Source: Selaginella moellendorffii (lineage: Eukaryota; Plantae; Lycopodiophyta). From it: a DNA stretch of 64,000 nucleotides. The DNA lies in NCBI RefSeq assembly GCF_000143415.4, contig NW_003314322.1:1128067-1192066 (forward strand), in the 5' to 3' direction. Shown piece after piece: positions 34,549 to 47,517 of the stretch. Numbering within the stretch: position 1 is the stretch's first letter; every line of letters begins with the position of its first letter. Made by a program: the position numbers and the translations under genes. A model generated the notes under the pieces. It saw only the letters and a list, made by a program, of their open reading frames with translations, was not told the origin of the DNA and ran no database searches.

Positions 34549-35534
34549 CGGAGCCCTGAACTTGATTACAAATCCAAAGCATAGGAAATTAATATAATAC
34601 TAATATTAATATAAGTATAAATATTATAATAATGTAATTATAAATTAATATTAAATTAAGCATGAATTTTATCAGTTTGAAACACAACATCTATTGATAA
34701 ATTTTGACTTATAACAACTTTGAAATTGGTGATGTAAATACATTCACTCTCAAGCGGCTTAGAGGACTCAAATACCTTCTTTGGCAAATATTTAATTTAA
34801 AACTGCATGTTGTAAGATAATCAAATTGTGGCAATACTCTTAAAAAATGGTAATATATAATAATTTTAACCACTGTGAATAATTATATTTATTCTGATAC
34901 TTATTTAATTTTTTTTCTAAAGAATAAAAAACGTATTAATACTTTGTTTCATTTGTGAAGAAAAAATTAAAACAACAATTTCTCTTATAATTTTCTTGGT
35001 TTTCTTAAAAAAATCCTATAGATATCTAGAATATACTTGGCTATTTTAAATATTCTACCATCTAACTATTTATTTAGATTAATCTTGTATTTATAATAAT
35101 TTATACCTTTCCTAAACACTTCCTAGTATATTTTTATTTATTCTAGTGGTGCAATAAGATTAATCTTGATTTATAAATTATAAACATATTTATAATTATC
35201 GATCAATTGAATTATTCAAAAATATTAAATAAGAATGACACTACTATTAAGTAAACCAAGCATTTCTGCATTCAATGTGCAATAAATTATTATAATTACT
35301 ATCACTCTTATAGAATTTATAGATGAAATAAATTCTTTAACAGCCCATGATAGATCTTAGTAGCATATAATATACACTAATTTATTCCATATTACAACAT
35401 GGCTACTAGCTATAATTTTTTTTATCCTAGTAAAGCATCTTCAAAGACTTATTTCAGTCCAGGCTAGATTCTTGCTAGTATAAATATATATCAATTAAAT
35501 TATCATGGCTAATCAAAGTATAATATTAAAACAA

Positions 35535-35963
35535 TTACCATTCATAAGCTCTAACAGGTATAGACCATCCTTGAGATGTATGGGTTTGAAATATTGCATA
35601 TCCAAAAACATGCCATTCAACACCAGCTTTACCTCCATATTCAGGATTTCCTTGTTTATATGCTGTTATAACTTTGGATTTCCCATCACTTACAATCTTT
35701 AAATTGCACCAAAATTCAGTTGTGCCAAACCATCTATCATTGAATGTAAAAGGGGGATACATTGCTCTATCCTGGATAACATACTTTTGGATATCATCAT
35801 CCTTGGATTGGCAATGTACTTCTAGTGGAGAACCTACTCTATTTATAACATGTATTGTGGTACCATAGGCATTAATGGTTGCATTATTACATTCACACAT
35901 AGATATTATATCAATTAGAAATACTAACAAAATCACCTTGTAGTTGTATTTCGCTAGAGCCAT
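35535..35963 (-). CDS. S-protein homologue (SPH, self-incompatibility S1 family) secreted small protein
   Basis: Signal peptide, then TTIHVIN...LEVHCQSKDDD...FTF...FGTTEFWC and C-terminal YEW. Confidence 0.85.
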   Translation of the reverse strand: MALAKYNYKVILLVFLIDIISMCECNNATINAYGTTIHVINRVGSPLEVHCQSKDDDIQKYVIQDRAMYPPFTFNDRWFGTTEFWCNLKIVSDGKSKVITAYKQGNPEYGGKAGVEWHVFGYAIFQTHTSQGWSIPVRAYEW

Positions 35964-36067
35964 AACAATGTTGTATATTAAGTTTCATTTATAATAAGTA
36001 AGTTGAATATTTCGTTTTTAATAATGATATTTAAATAAAACAAAATTTGTTTTGTTCCATTCCAGCT

Positions 36068-37314
36068 ATGGACGGGGTCTCCAAGAGCGTGCTCGTCATC
36101 GGGGCCACGGGCTACATTGGCCGCTACATCGCCCTAGCCAGCGCCGCGGCCGGATTTTCGACATCGGCGCTCCTGCGCGCCAATTCGGCGGCCGCGCCAA
36201 ATCCAAGGAGGGACAAGGCCATCGAATCCTTGCACGCCGCAGGGATTAGCATCAAGAATGTGAGTGTCGGATCATAGATTTCGGGCTGGCTATCGATTCC
36301 CTGTCCCTTGCTCCATCCAGGGATCCCTTGACGATCGTGAGAGCTTGATGCTGGCCCTGGAAGATGTGGACATCGTAATATCGGCCGTCGGGATACCTCA
36401 AATTCTAGAGCAGCTAAATCTCGTCGAGGCCATGAAGGAGAAGAAAACTGTCAAGGTCTCGAAAGAAAGAGAAGATCTCTCCCCCATCTCATAGGTACTT
36501 CTTTCTTCTTCGTAACTTAGGCTAACGCGAGTTTTTTTCTTTGTTTTCTTTTGCTATGTGCTACTAGAGATTCGTTCCATCGGAGTTTGGCCAGGATGTC
36601 GATAAGGTGGTTTGTCTAAAGCCGGCCCAGGAGGTGCTGAGCGACCCAAAAATTCGCGTTCGCCGTGCCATAGAGGCCGCTGGAATCCCATTCACGTACG
36701 TTATCACGAATGCTTTTGCAAAGTTCCATTTCAACATGCGAGAGGAGAATGGACGACTCTCTCCTCCCGAAAGGTTCGTCATATATGGTGATGGAAACAT
36801 TAAAGGTATATACATCTTCTCTCCTTTTTTTTTCTTTTCTTCTTCCTGGCTTGTCTGATGCTATGTGTGCACGCAGCTAGTTTTGTTACCGAGGAAGATA
36901 TCGGAGCCTTCACTGTCAAGGCTGCTGCCGATCCAAGAGCATTAAACAAGACGCTACACATGAGACCACCTGCGAATGCCTTGTCGCAGAACGAGACTGT
37001 CGCGATCCTGGAGAGAGAAACCAAGCGGCAACTGAGAAAGGAGGTGATGTCGCAGGTTGAAATGCTGGAATCCATACGAGGTCATGTTTTCCTTGCCTTC
37101 GAATGTTGTGACAGCCCACGCTCACACTCAGCCCACTTGTTCCACAGAATCCTCCGGAGGCTTCCAAGCCGTCATACTGTCGCTCATGTACTCTGCTTAC
37201 ATCAGAGGCGATACTTTTGGTTTCGAGCTGGGGCCGAATGACGTGGTGGCGCATGAACTATACCCGGACGCCAGTTTTACCGATGCACACGGCTATCTCA
37301 GTAAGTTTGTCTGA
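36068..37314 (+). CDS. PIP-family NADPH reductase (isoflavone / pinoresinol-lariciresinol / PCBER-like), five exons
   Basis: VLVIGATGYIG, RFVPSEFG, catalytic K in PKIRVRRAIEAAGIPFTY, YGDGN, ELYPD. Confidence 0.92.
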
Positions 37315-38070
37315 GGGCTCGCCTCTATATTGCTTGCCTCCTTTCTCTTTTGTAAAGTGGTGAGTAAATGTCTACGCATAACACTTTTCTTTTAGCCTTG
37401 TCGGACTGAGATAGCGCTCGAAAGCTTGTGCTTGCTCTGAATCTTGCAATGGTGGCAAGCGAGAGAAATGCTTTAGTATTTCTGGAACAGGAGGAGCTCA
37501 CTCACCCACACAACACACACAACAGTGGTGCGATGGGACAGGGAGCACAAACTCACGCAGTAAGCAAAGCATTATCGCTCCGCCTGATAACACGTGCTTT
37601 GTTTTATTCGCTAAACAGGTCCCCGGAAAGCTTGGCAGCCGCTTTGCTCGATTGTTTCTCGCAAAAACTTTTGGATGAGAGCCGAGCGAGCGAGCCATGT
37701 TCAAGACGACAGAGAGCCAATCATGCCCTGCAAGCTTTGACTGCTTACTTCCGTCTTGCAACCATCTTCGTTCCATACAAGGAAAGGAGAAAAAATGAGA
37801 AGAAGCATTCTCTCGGCTGGGGGACTGGGAGGAAAATAATTCACACGACCAAGTAAGCAGTAATGCCTGGGCCACCTGCAATAATTTTGTGAGACAGATC
37901 CCTGTGGCCGAATGGAATCGGAGTTTAGTGTTCCTGTTCACAACGAATTGGTGGCCACATATTCCCATGGTAGTTTCTCTCTTCCTTTTTCATGTCTTCT
38001 TTGTTCGTATTTTTTATAGTTTCGTTTCGTGGCAGTACCGATGCACCTTTATTTGTTTCAGGTTTTGGAG

Positions 38071-38091
38071 TGACTCTTCCAAGCAAGCAAG
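38071..38091 (+). promoter_or_regulatory. Possible nitrate-responsive element (NLP-site-like) upstream of the NPF gene
   Basis: TGACTCTT-N10-AAG resembles the tGACcCTT-N10-AAG consensus, but the AAG half lies in an (AAGC)n run. Confidence 0.25.
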
Positions 38092-38418
38092 CAAGCGCTT
38101 CTAGTTCTCACATGCCGCTTTCATCTTTCCTTGCACATATCGGATGTGGAGTCCAACTGGCTCCAAGTTCGGAATGATTCAAGGCTCAGACATCTGCCGG
38201 GCGTGTCGCGCACTTCATGCAGGTACTTGATCATTGGATTTCTCTCAAGCTTCCAGTATTTAAGTCGCTTGTTGGTGTTGTCTGTGCATGTAGCTACAAG
38301 ATCGCTGTGAGATCCTTGGCAGCCAAAACTTGGTGAGTTTGCAATTGCTTTGGTTATGCTGGCTGCATCGCGTTGGCTCCATCCATCTAGTCTAAACTGG
38401 TTTTCCTCTGCAAAGGAA

Positions 38419-40350
38419 ATGAAGAAATCCTCGGAGTCGCAGGAAATCCTACAAAATGGATCCATGGACTACAAGAGGAGGCCGGCTGTGAAATGCCAAA
38501 CCGGTGGCTGGAAGTCGGTGATCCTCATACTAGGTGCGTGAGTGTTTTTGCAACTTTACTCTCACGCTACAGAGATTGATGAGAGGGACACTGTTGCTGA
38601 TCCCTTGCAGGAACCGAGCTCTGCGAGAGGCTTGCCACTCTCGGAATCGGTCTCAACCTCATCACCTATTTGGTCACCGAGTTGCATCTCTCACCATCGC
38701 AAGCTCCAAACATCGTGACCAACTTCCTCGGCACGTCCTACGTGTGCTGCCTGATCGGAGGATTCGTGGCCGACACTTGCCTTGGCCGGTTCTGGACAAT
38801 CGTGAGCTTCTCCTTCGTACAGTTCATGGTATGTTTTCCACACGCTTCAAATGCCACAGAAAGAGGCTGACTTTTCCAGTTTTTCTCGAGCAGGGAATGC
38901 TGCTTCTCACACTCTCCGCCGGCATTCCGTCGCTAAGGCCTTCCAAGTGCAATGCCGAGGACTACAAAACTTGCCAGCCAGCTCGAGGCATGGAACTGGC
39001 GGTGCTCTACATGGCCTTGTATATGACCGCTCTTGGGACGGGAGGCATCAAGGCATGCGTGTCCGCCTTTGGAGCCGACCAGTTCGACGACTCGGATGCC
39101 AAGGAGAGGCGCAGCATGGGGCATTTCTTCAACTGGTTCTTCGTGGCGATATCCATCGGAACTCTCCTGGCGGTGACGGTGCTCATTTACATCCAGGACA
39201 ACGTCGGGAGGAGCTGGGGATATGGCAGCAGCGCAGGCTCCATGTTCATGGCGATATGCGTCTTCCTCGCCGGGACGCCACTCTATCGCTACAGAGCTCC
39301 CAACGGGACGTCCATCGTCTCCATTGCGCACGTCCTGGTAGCCGCATTTCGCAAGCGACACGGCATTCCAGGAGACGAGAAAGATTTATACGAGGATCCG
39401 GGGCAGCAGAGTGCCAGATTCACTAGAACCAGTGGCTTGAGGTACGAGATTTTCTAGAACAAAGAACGTGCTTTACAAAATCTTTCCTTGCCAGCTTTTT
39501 GGACAAGGCCGCAATCGTGGAGACCGGAAGTAGCAGCGAGAAGCAGAGCCCCTGGAGGCTGTGTAGCGTCACCAAGGTGGAGCAAGTGAAGATGCTGATC
39601 CGGATCCTGCCGATATGCGCCACCTCCGTGCTCGTGTACACGGTCTTCGCGCAGATGACGACGCTGGCGGTGGAGCAGGGTGCTACCATGCACAGGAACC
39701 TCGGCAAGCACTTCAAGTTCCCTCCGGCATCGCTGGGAGTGTTCGTCCAGCTGAGCGTGATCATCGCCACCCCTCTCTACGACCAAGTCTTCCTCCCGGC
39801 CGTGAAGCTCCTGCGGCGGAACCAGATCACCATGCTGCAGCGCATCGGTGGCGGGATGATCTTCTCGTGCCTGGCGATGGTGATCGCGGCGATGGTGGAG
39901 AGGAAGCGGCTGGCATTGGCGAGGGAGCACGGGCTGCTCGATCGACCAAAGGCCACAGTACCGATGAGCATCTTCTGGCTGGTCCCCCAGTACGCGCTGG
40001 TTGGAGTGAGCGAGGTGTTCACTTACATCGGCCAGCTCGAGTTCTTCTACAGCCAGTCACCCGAGGAGATGCGCAGCATGGCCACCGGGATGTTCATGAG
40101 CACCATCTCGGTGGGCTTCTTCGCGAGCTCCTTTCTGGTGGCCACCATCAACAGGGTGACGGGGGGGAGCGGCCATGGCTGGATCTCCAACAACATCAAC
40201 AGGGGGAGGATTGACAACTTCTACTGGATGCTCGCGGTGCTCAGCCTGGGGAACCTCGCCATCCACATTGCCTGCGCGACTTGCTACAAGTACAGGGCTC
40301 TTCCAGTGGCTCCCCCTCCTCGTGTCGCTGATGCTGCTCAAGAGGCTTGA
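38419..40350 (+). CDS. NRT1/PTR family transporter, NPF6-like, four exons
   Basis: TGGWKS, ELCERL (ExxER), LGRFWT, LGTGGIKACVSAFGADQFD, FFNWFF, VEQVK, LQRIG, GQLEFFY. Confidence 0.94.
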
Positions 40351-40553
40351 AGTTACGCTCGCTCGAGAGACAAAGAAGGCCTTTTTCTTAAGAAAGGAAC
40401 TATACATACGACAAAGGAACTATACATACATTCATACAGTCTTATATGAGAGAGATTTTATTCGATTGTTCTCTGCAAAGTTGGGATGATTTCATGATGG
40501 GTGTAAAAAGAATGTATTTTTTTTTTCCTTTTCGAAAGATCATGGTCGAAAGA

Positions 40554-41312
40554 TCATGAGGATTTGGTGGAGGAACTCAAAGATCGCAGCACTTCCTCGG
40601 CAGTGATCCATCCGCCGAGGCAACCCAGCGATTTATACTTGACGGCCCCCCACCTGAGAATTCGAGAAAATCGTAGAGGTGAGGCTTGATCGAAGAGAAC
40701 AGAGGAGGGAGCTTACCAGGATTTGAAAGGCATGGCAATACAATGTAGATGGAGGTGGCTCACGCTGTTATATGGAGGCCGATGGAATCCAAACCTGTAA
40801 GCACGTAAACTCGAGAAAATGTGAGTGAGGAAGCATGAAACACAGCAAGAAGGTCATAGATATGATCACTTGTAGCTCTCGGCCCCAGGAGCGTCCTTCC
40901 GCAGCAACGATTCTCCAAGTTTGAGCATCCGCTCGACTGGCAAGAGAAAGAATTATCTCTCTCTCTCTCTCTCTCAAAATCTAAGGAAACGCGGAAGGTT
41001 TTATTACCGAGTAGAGCATGCTCGTCACCCCTGAGGCTGTTGATGTTCTTGATGTGCTCGACTGGAACCACAAGGTAATGCCTGCAGCGAGCAATGAAAA
41101 TTTTCATTCCAAAACTTTGTCTATGCTACTTGGATCCTGATGGGCTCCGGTCCTCAAATGCTAGCAACTCGTCATCCTGCAGTGGTGATGGCCATGAGTC
41201 CAGCTCAAGGAAGTAGAGCTGAATAGAGAACCTGGAAGAGAATACTGCTGGTCCGGCCTGCGCATTTCCCCAGCGCGATCTCACAAAAAGGGCAAAGAGC
41301 TCCAGCGCCCAT
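40554..41312 (-). CDS. HIT-family nucleotide hydrolase (HINT4 / aprataxin-like), multi-exon
   Basis: CPFCEI, AFEDRSP, HYLVVPVEHI, FGFHRPPYNSVSHLHLHC. Confidence 0.88.
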
Positions 41313-42104
41313 CAGCCCTAAAACAAATTCTTTTTAGAAACAAGTGTTACATTTTAGAAACTAATGATTTAAAATGTCGCGAGATCATTTCTAGCTGGAC
41401 CTTAAAAAATAAAAACTTTATTCTATCATCTAAAGAACTAGAGCAAAAAAGATGTTTGTAAAATATGCCTTTAGGATATTAAACTCGATCCCTTAATATT
41501 CGCTACATAGAGAGATCGAGGCTGCCATCTCGCCATCCACAAAGATTGCTACCATTCCATGCAAGTGTGTTTCCTTCATTTTAAAAACAAGCATACTGCA
41601 GGCGCAAATAATATTGGGTTTTTAGGCATCTATTTGGCTGCCAAAAAATCTGACTATTTGCAGAGGAAGCCTTTTCCGATGAACGACTCAAGCAAACGGA
41701 TTGTGCGCTTGCGCACTTCTACAACCGAAGCTCCTCGCTCCGCAACGCGAGTTGGGTGGCTTCTTGGTTGAGGAACTCGTCCATGGCCGAGAAGTCATAG
41801 CAAAGTTGGCCCATACATGGCTTCCTTAGTACTGCGAGGGAAATGATGGACAAGCAAAGCTGCAAGGCAAGTCACAGGCAAAAGCATATTATAAACCATC
41901 GTTTCATTGCCAGGGAGATAAACACTGCAGTCTTGTATTGTTCCTCATCGAGTTTCAACTCTACGTGGCAAAGATCCAGTACTCTGACTACGAGTCCCTG
42001 CAAGAATGATCATGATGTCCGCTTAGATAGGAATTTTGACAGTTTGCTGAGCAGCCACACTTCAAATTTAGTGATTGTCAAAATTTCTATCCAAGCCTCC
42101 GGTA

Positions 42105-43680
42105 TCAGCACTGCTCTCGCCAGCTTCCAGATTTGCTGCTGCTCGGGCCAGTTTCCATATCTGCCAGAGGGCTTTGATGATCATCATCCTCATTGTCTCC
42201 ATGCCGCACTGCGCCATTGTCTCGTGCATGCCCTGCCTCGTAGATCTGATACCCAAAGCTCACAAGCCGTTGGAGGCGGAGATCCTTCAGTTGTGAGGTT
42301 CGCCCCTTAGGCTCGCAGACGAGCTCGAGAAAGTCCTCGTACTGCAACCCGAGCTTATCCCACGGGTAGGAAGGCGGTTCACAAGAGGAACCAGGCCTGT
42401 CTACAGGCAAGACCATCACCCCTTTAACCGAGTAAGGTGGGATGAAATACGGACGCTCTTTCATAGGGAATTCTTGGTGGAGGAAGGAGTAGAGCCGGTT
42501 AAGGTGCCTGGCATCGTTGTCAGACCAAAACTGAGGAATGTAGAAGGAGAAATATGCAAGGTCCTTTAACCTCTGCAAGCAGAGCCAGGTAGAATATGGC
42601 CTGCCCATCTGCTGGAGAGAAAAATGAGTGTTAGAACTTGTTCAAGGCACACGACTTAGCTATTCGTGCTCGAGTTGAAGCGGTTCCATTCGATTTGGAC
42701 GGGCTTGTAGATTCACTGGTAGACCGGCTTGTGATTCCCAATACTTTGATTTGATCAACGGAAATAGTGCTAGAATTGTGTTTGGTGAGACTGTCATTCA
42801 AGGATACCACAAGATCCCTGGATTTGTAGCATACCTTGCTACAGTTTTCCCAGGGATAACAGCAAGCATTACCAGTTCTTGCTGTAATCCCGATGCTACC
42901 AATGCTTGCTGTGTTCCAGATCCCTGGGAAATTTCTAGCAAGGTATGCATGGGAAGAGGAGAGTTGTTGTGGAGGCCCCGACCTCGAACTTGCGGCAAGA
43001 GAAACCATCCACATCATGAGATCACGGCACAGCATCCTGTCGAAAAGCTTTTGCCCGTTCACGATGCTTCCACACTTTGCAAGTTTAGTTTCCAATCAAA
43101 GAAAGCATCGACTTACCATGATGTGGGTGGCCATGGCATCACGCCTTTCAAGCTTCTGTGCCAAAGTTGTCGTCGAGAATTCCTGTAAGATTCCATTGGC
43201 ATAAAAAAAAAGTCAGAATCCGGCCATGGGCAGGGTGGCACATCCATGAGCTGGACGCCTTGGTCGGGGATGCCTCGCAGCGCAAGGGAGGAGAGGTAGC
43301 GAGAGACAGTATTATGCCAGACGCCACCATGGCAAGTTGCGTTGACAAATCGAATGAACATCAGCTCCCTGTTACGATCTGCCCATAGAGCTGGTAGAAA
43401 CATGGGCATAAATGTTCCCAGTTCTATGTTCCGCACTGCGCAGACATTGGCAGAGAAAGATAAGAGGAAATCAAGAATCTAGCTTCGTGGAACCACGCCT
43501 AGATTTGGATGCATCATGTGGGGGAGCCTCCACAAAATCGTCGACCTGTTCATGGGATCGCAGCACAATAGAGCCCTCGCTCCAATATGTAGCAAACTGC
43601 AGGCGCGCCGTCGGGGAAGCCAGCAAAGTCCGCTCGGCCATTTCGATGTCACTCGGCTCGCCCAGCTCGGCCATGACGAT
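42105..43680 (-). pseudogene. Orphan multi-exon gene of unknown function, apparently frameshifted at the homopolymer run near 43203-43211
   Basis: ORFs 43471-43716, 43113-43436 and 42105-42608 are bounded by splice-like sites. The ATG|GTAAG donor near 43116 joins CAG|QMGRPY in frame only after a shift at the T-run. Confidence 0.35.
42975..43095 (-). pseudogene. PPR motif fragment inside the orphan gene's intron
   Basis: AKCGSIVNGQKLFDRMLCRDLMMWMVSLAASSRSG matches one PLS-type PPR unit. Confidence 0.6.
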
Positions 43681-44072
43681 GTCTCTCGGCTCGCCCAGCG
43701 ACGATGATCCACTCACGGCCAGTGCCCTTGATCAGCCGCAGGACGCCTCAAAGAGCAACACAGGGACGATCATCCGACGGCCTGGATGACCATGCAACAC
43801 ACGGACGGTGGCGATGTAATCGTACACTCGCGAAAGGTTTAAGATCGTTCGTACAAGTCCTTTCAAATAACTAAAAACCTGTTATAGTTATGATAATAGT
43901 TATAATAAGAATATCCACTGGATCCCCTAGATTTTAGCTATACATATTTTCTTTTAATCAGATCATCCCTCCAGGGAGATTAAAATTACAGCGCCGTGGT
44001 ATCCGCACCTCGTGGTGCTCAAAAGAATCGAAGACAAACCTTAAAGAGAGAAACAAAATCACTTTAAGAAAC

Positions 44073-46496
44073 TCACATGCCAACGAGGGTGGCCGACTCG
44101 TTGGCTGTGCTGCCCGAGTGCTTGACGCGAGGCTTTGGCGGAGGGGGAGGATTCTCCAGGCACATACAGTCCGGGGCCGGGTACGTGTAGATCGAAGCGC
44201 TCGACTTGCGCATCTCGTGGCCCTTGACGTCGTTGTGTCTTTGCATTGCTTGCAAATGCTTTGAGAACGATTCCCAGCTGCAGTCGAGTGAAACTTAGAG
44301 AACAGAGAAAGGAAAAGAAGGGAGGAAGACGTGCTTACCTGATGCTGGGTCTGTCCAAGAGTTGCACCAGCTTTCGCTTGTCCGGACGTATCGTTTTCGC
44401 GTAGCCCTTGTTGAGAAATCGCCTATGGCCGATCAAAAAATGTGGGAAATTGCCACCTTGTGTCGTGACAAAAGCCTCGCTGTGCAGACAAACTGTATAG
44501 TCCAGTGCGGCTAATCTCGAGGAGTGCATCTGAGGAAAACCAAAGAACAAGTCATATGGTCAGGGCCTCGTTCAATATCAAAATGTAGAGCTTGCCTTGA
44601 ATGGTGCAAGCTCCTCATCTGTCAGTAACGTTTCTTTAGTTTGAAGGCTCGGAAACATCTGCTTCAGCGGAAGCATGGTTCTCTCCTCCTTGTAGATCTT
44701 CCCCGCAGCCAGAAATATGGGCGTAGAGTTCTTGAATCCCATTCCCCTGAGCATCATTCCGACCTGCAAGTGGCTTTAGACGCGCCAAAGAAATCACGAG
44801 AGCAAAGCGACGGTACCTCCAGTGGAGTGAGGGGACACTTCCCATCCATCCTGTTACCACCTGGACTGATTATACGGCCCTTCCTGTTGAACTTGCCTTT
44901 CCAGCCCTTCTCGCGTGCAGCATCCATCTCCAGCTTTTCCTCTTCGCCTCCATCGTAAATACAACACGAAAACGCCACCATGTCCTGTAAAGGAATGACG
45001 AAAAAGAAAAACAAAACGACACCGTCGTTTGTTGACATCTGCTCAGAGATGGCGAACGTAAAAAACACGTTACCTCTTCGAACCGCAAATGCACAGCGAC
45101 ATACTTCCCACCGTTCCCAGAGCTGCGCTCTACCATACGCTGAACTAGCAGCTGGCCAATGTCGGAAATCGGCTTTGCGAATCTCAGAGCCTCGTAGTTA
45201 GTGAAGCATCTAAGCCGCTGCAGAGGTAAAGGAATGTGATCATACGCTAAACGGTTTGCAAAGGGAGCTATTCTGATGACTCTGTTGCCAGCAATACTGT
45301 TTGAATTAGATGACAGTCAAAAGGTAGAAAAAAAGAGCTTACCCGGTTTCAAGGAGCTTGGGGAGGACTTTGTCGAGATAAAAGCTGGGTGGAGATAGAG
45401 CCTTGATCCTAAAGTTGAAAATATTACTGAGGTTGCCTACGCTGTCCATGAGATCATCGGGGAGCCGGCTGACAACTCTCACGTCCCTCTGGAGCGCATT
45501 AATAAAATGCTGCTCATCATATATCTCCCCGAAAGTGCTGCAATTAACAATCACACACATGAGAGTGAAGAAAGGAAAACAAAAGGCACGCACCTCCTAT
45601 CCTGCCAAACACTATTAAAATGAAACTCCGGGACAACAAGGGTCGCGTTCAAAAGTGCTGCTACAGCAACAGCGTTGCATATCTATCACCAAGGAAAAAG
45701 AGCCACGAAAAGAATCTCAATCACCCACGGCATTCTTCGAAGAAGAAAAAAAAAACCAAAAAATCCACAGACTTACGGAAGATCTCTGCTGGTTCAAGCC
45801 CCCGTTTGCCTCTATCATCACGAATCCATTCGATGGAGGTAAATCTGGACACACATGCACGAACAAAATCCAAGATAGTTAGCTCTTCTTCGTGTTTTTT
45901 CTCTAATCGAGATCGAGAAAGATGGTTGTCACTCACCAGTGCTATTCGAAGAATGACGATCCAAACAAGGAACCCAGCCCTCTCCCTCCTTTGGAAACTG
46001 CCACACAGCCTTAATCTGGAAGAATTCGCGAAGAACCAAAAAAAAAAAAAAGAAACAAAGGGAGAGGAGATTTTTCTTAGTCACACCACACAAAAGCAAA
46101 TCTCATCGATCATACCCCGGTGTTGTTGGAAGCCCGCATTGCCGGCCACAAATTCGCGAACACCTCGGGGCTCCGGTACCTGGAGCCGGGAGGATCCGGC
46201 TTCCTCACCCGCGGCAAATCCAGCGTCATGGTGCTCATGTAGAGCAGCATTCCCGAGATGTAGATAATGGGCGCAATCAGCAAGAGCTTGTGCTGCCGGA
46301 GGAGAATCGAGAGGACGAGGCAAGAGAGGCGCTGCATGAGCGTTCTTGAGGAGGAAGAAGGGGAGCGCTTGCTGCCACTGCCGCTGCCGCTGCTCCGCCC
46401 ATTCGTGCTGGCGCTGGGCGAGGACGAGAGAGGAGGAGGAAAAGAATTCTGCTGCGGCTGCTCCTGTTGCTGCATGGATCGGCTAGGCGGCACCAT
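44073..46496 (-). CDS. O-fucosyltransferase family glycosyltransferase (GT106 / PF10250-like), type II membrane protein, multi-exon
   Basis: [62 protein letters not shown]. Confidence 0.93.
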
Positions 46497-46684
46497 CAAA
46501 CCCGATCCATCACTCGATTCGCCTCGCCGCCCGCCCAGCAGCAAGCGACAGATCGATCGGGACGATATTAATGCCCAGCTCCATCCAAATTCGTATCCCA
46601 GGAACCCTAAAAAAGGGCTCGCCCACAAATAAACCCTACTGGATGAGAGAGAGAGAAGAACGTTGGCCCCTTTGAGTCCTCGAT

Positions 46685-47457
46685 CTAGGCGGCGGTGGCG
46701 GTGGAAGAAGAAGAAGCGGCGGAGCTCTCGTCCTTGGCGGCGCCAGATCTATCCTCGCCGCCCTCCTGCTGCTCGGGGTCGCCGTAGAAGAGATTGAGCG
46801 GAAAGAGATCCTTGGAGAGGGAGATTGGGCGCTTGAGATAGACGTAGCACTTCTTGTACGAGGCGGTGCGATAGAAGTACTTCTTCCGGGGATTGAATTT
46901 CTTCTTGGCGTCCATGTTCATCGTGTGGACCTTCTCCACGTCTAGGCCATAGACGAGCTGGAGGACCCTCTTGATCTCTAGCTGCATTGGACGAGAGAGA
47001 GAGAGATCGATCGATGAGTCTCAAAGAAGAGATTTCTAACGCTCACCTTGCCGGCCCTGGGATACGTCCGGAAGCACAGCTCCTTGAGATCGTTGGGGCG
47101 GGGCGGGAGCTGCAATCGCAGCGGGATGTTGGCGAGGTAGATGACCCGGCCCAGATTCTTGCACGTCGTCTTGATCGGCCCGCGGTGGCTCCACTGCCCG
47201 AATGGCGCGCCCTCCAGTGCCCCCTGCTGCGACGCCTCCAGCGCCGGGCCTGCCCTCCTCTCCCACGCCCTGGATCTTCCAGGCCCTGCCGCCGCCGCCG
47301 CCGCCGCCGCCGCGGCTCTAGCCCCCGGCCCAAATCTCCTCGCTCTCGAAGCTGCTTGCGGCGATGCCGATGATGCTGGCGCTTCAGGATCGCGCCGCGC
47401 TCCAAACCTGGCCACCGCCGCTGCCATGCGCGTCCCGAATCTCCGAGCGATCGGCAT
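46685..47457 (-). CDS. Mitochondrial-type ribosomal protein uL23 with a long Ala/Arg-rich N-terminal extension, two exons
   Basis: LGRVIYLANIPLRL...RTYPRAGK|LEIKRVLQLVYGLDVEKVHTMNMDAKKK...YKKCYVYLK...DLFP matches plant mitochondrial L23. The start could instead be 47427. Confidence 0.85.
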
Positions 47458-47517
47458 TGCCTATTTTCTCTAGAACCCTAAAAGGACATAACGGGCCATT
47501 AGAACCCTAAAACTTCG
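47458..47517. promoter_or_regulatory. Compact bidirectional promoter with two telo-box-like AGAACCCTAAAA repeats flanking GGGCC
   Basis: 60 bp between divergent ATGs; repeats at 47472-47483 and 47501-47512; site-II-like GGGCC at 47493. Confidence 0.55.
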
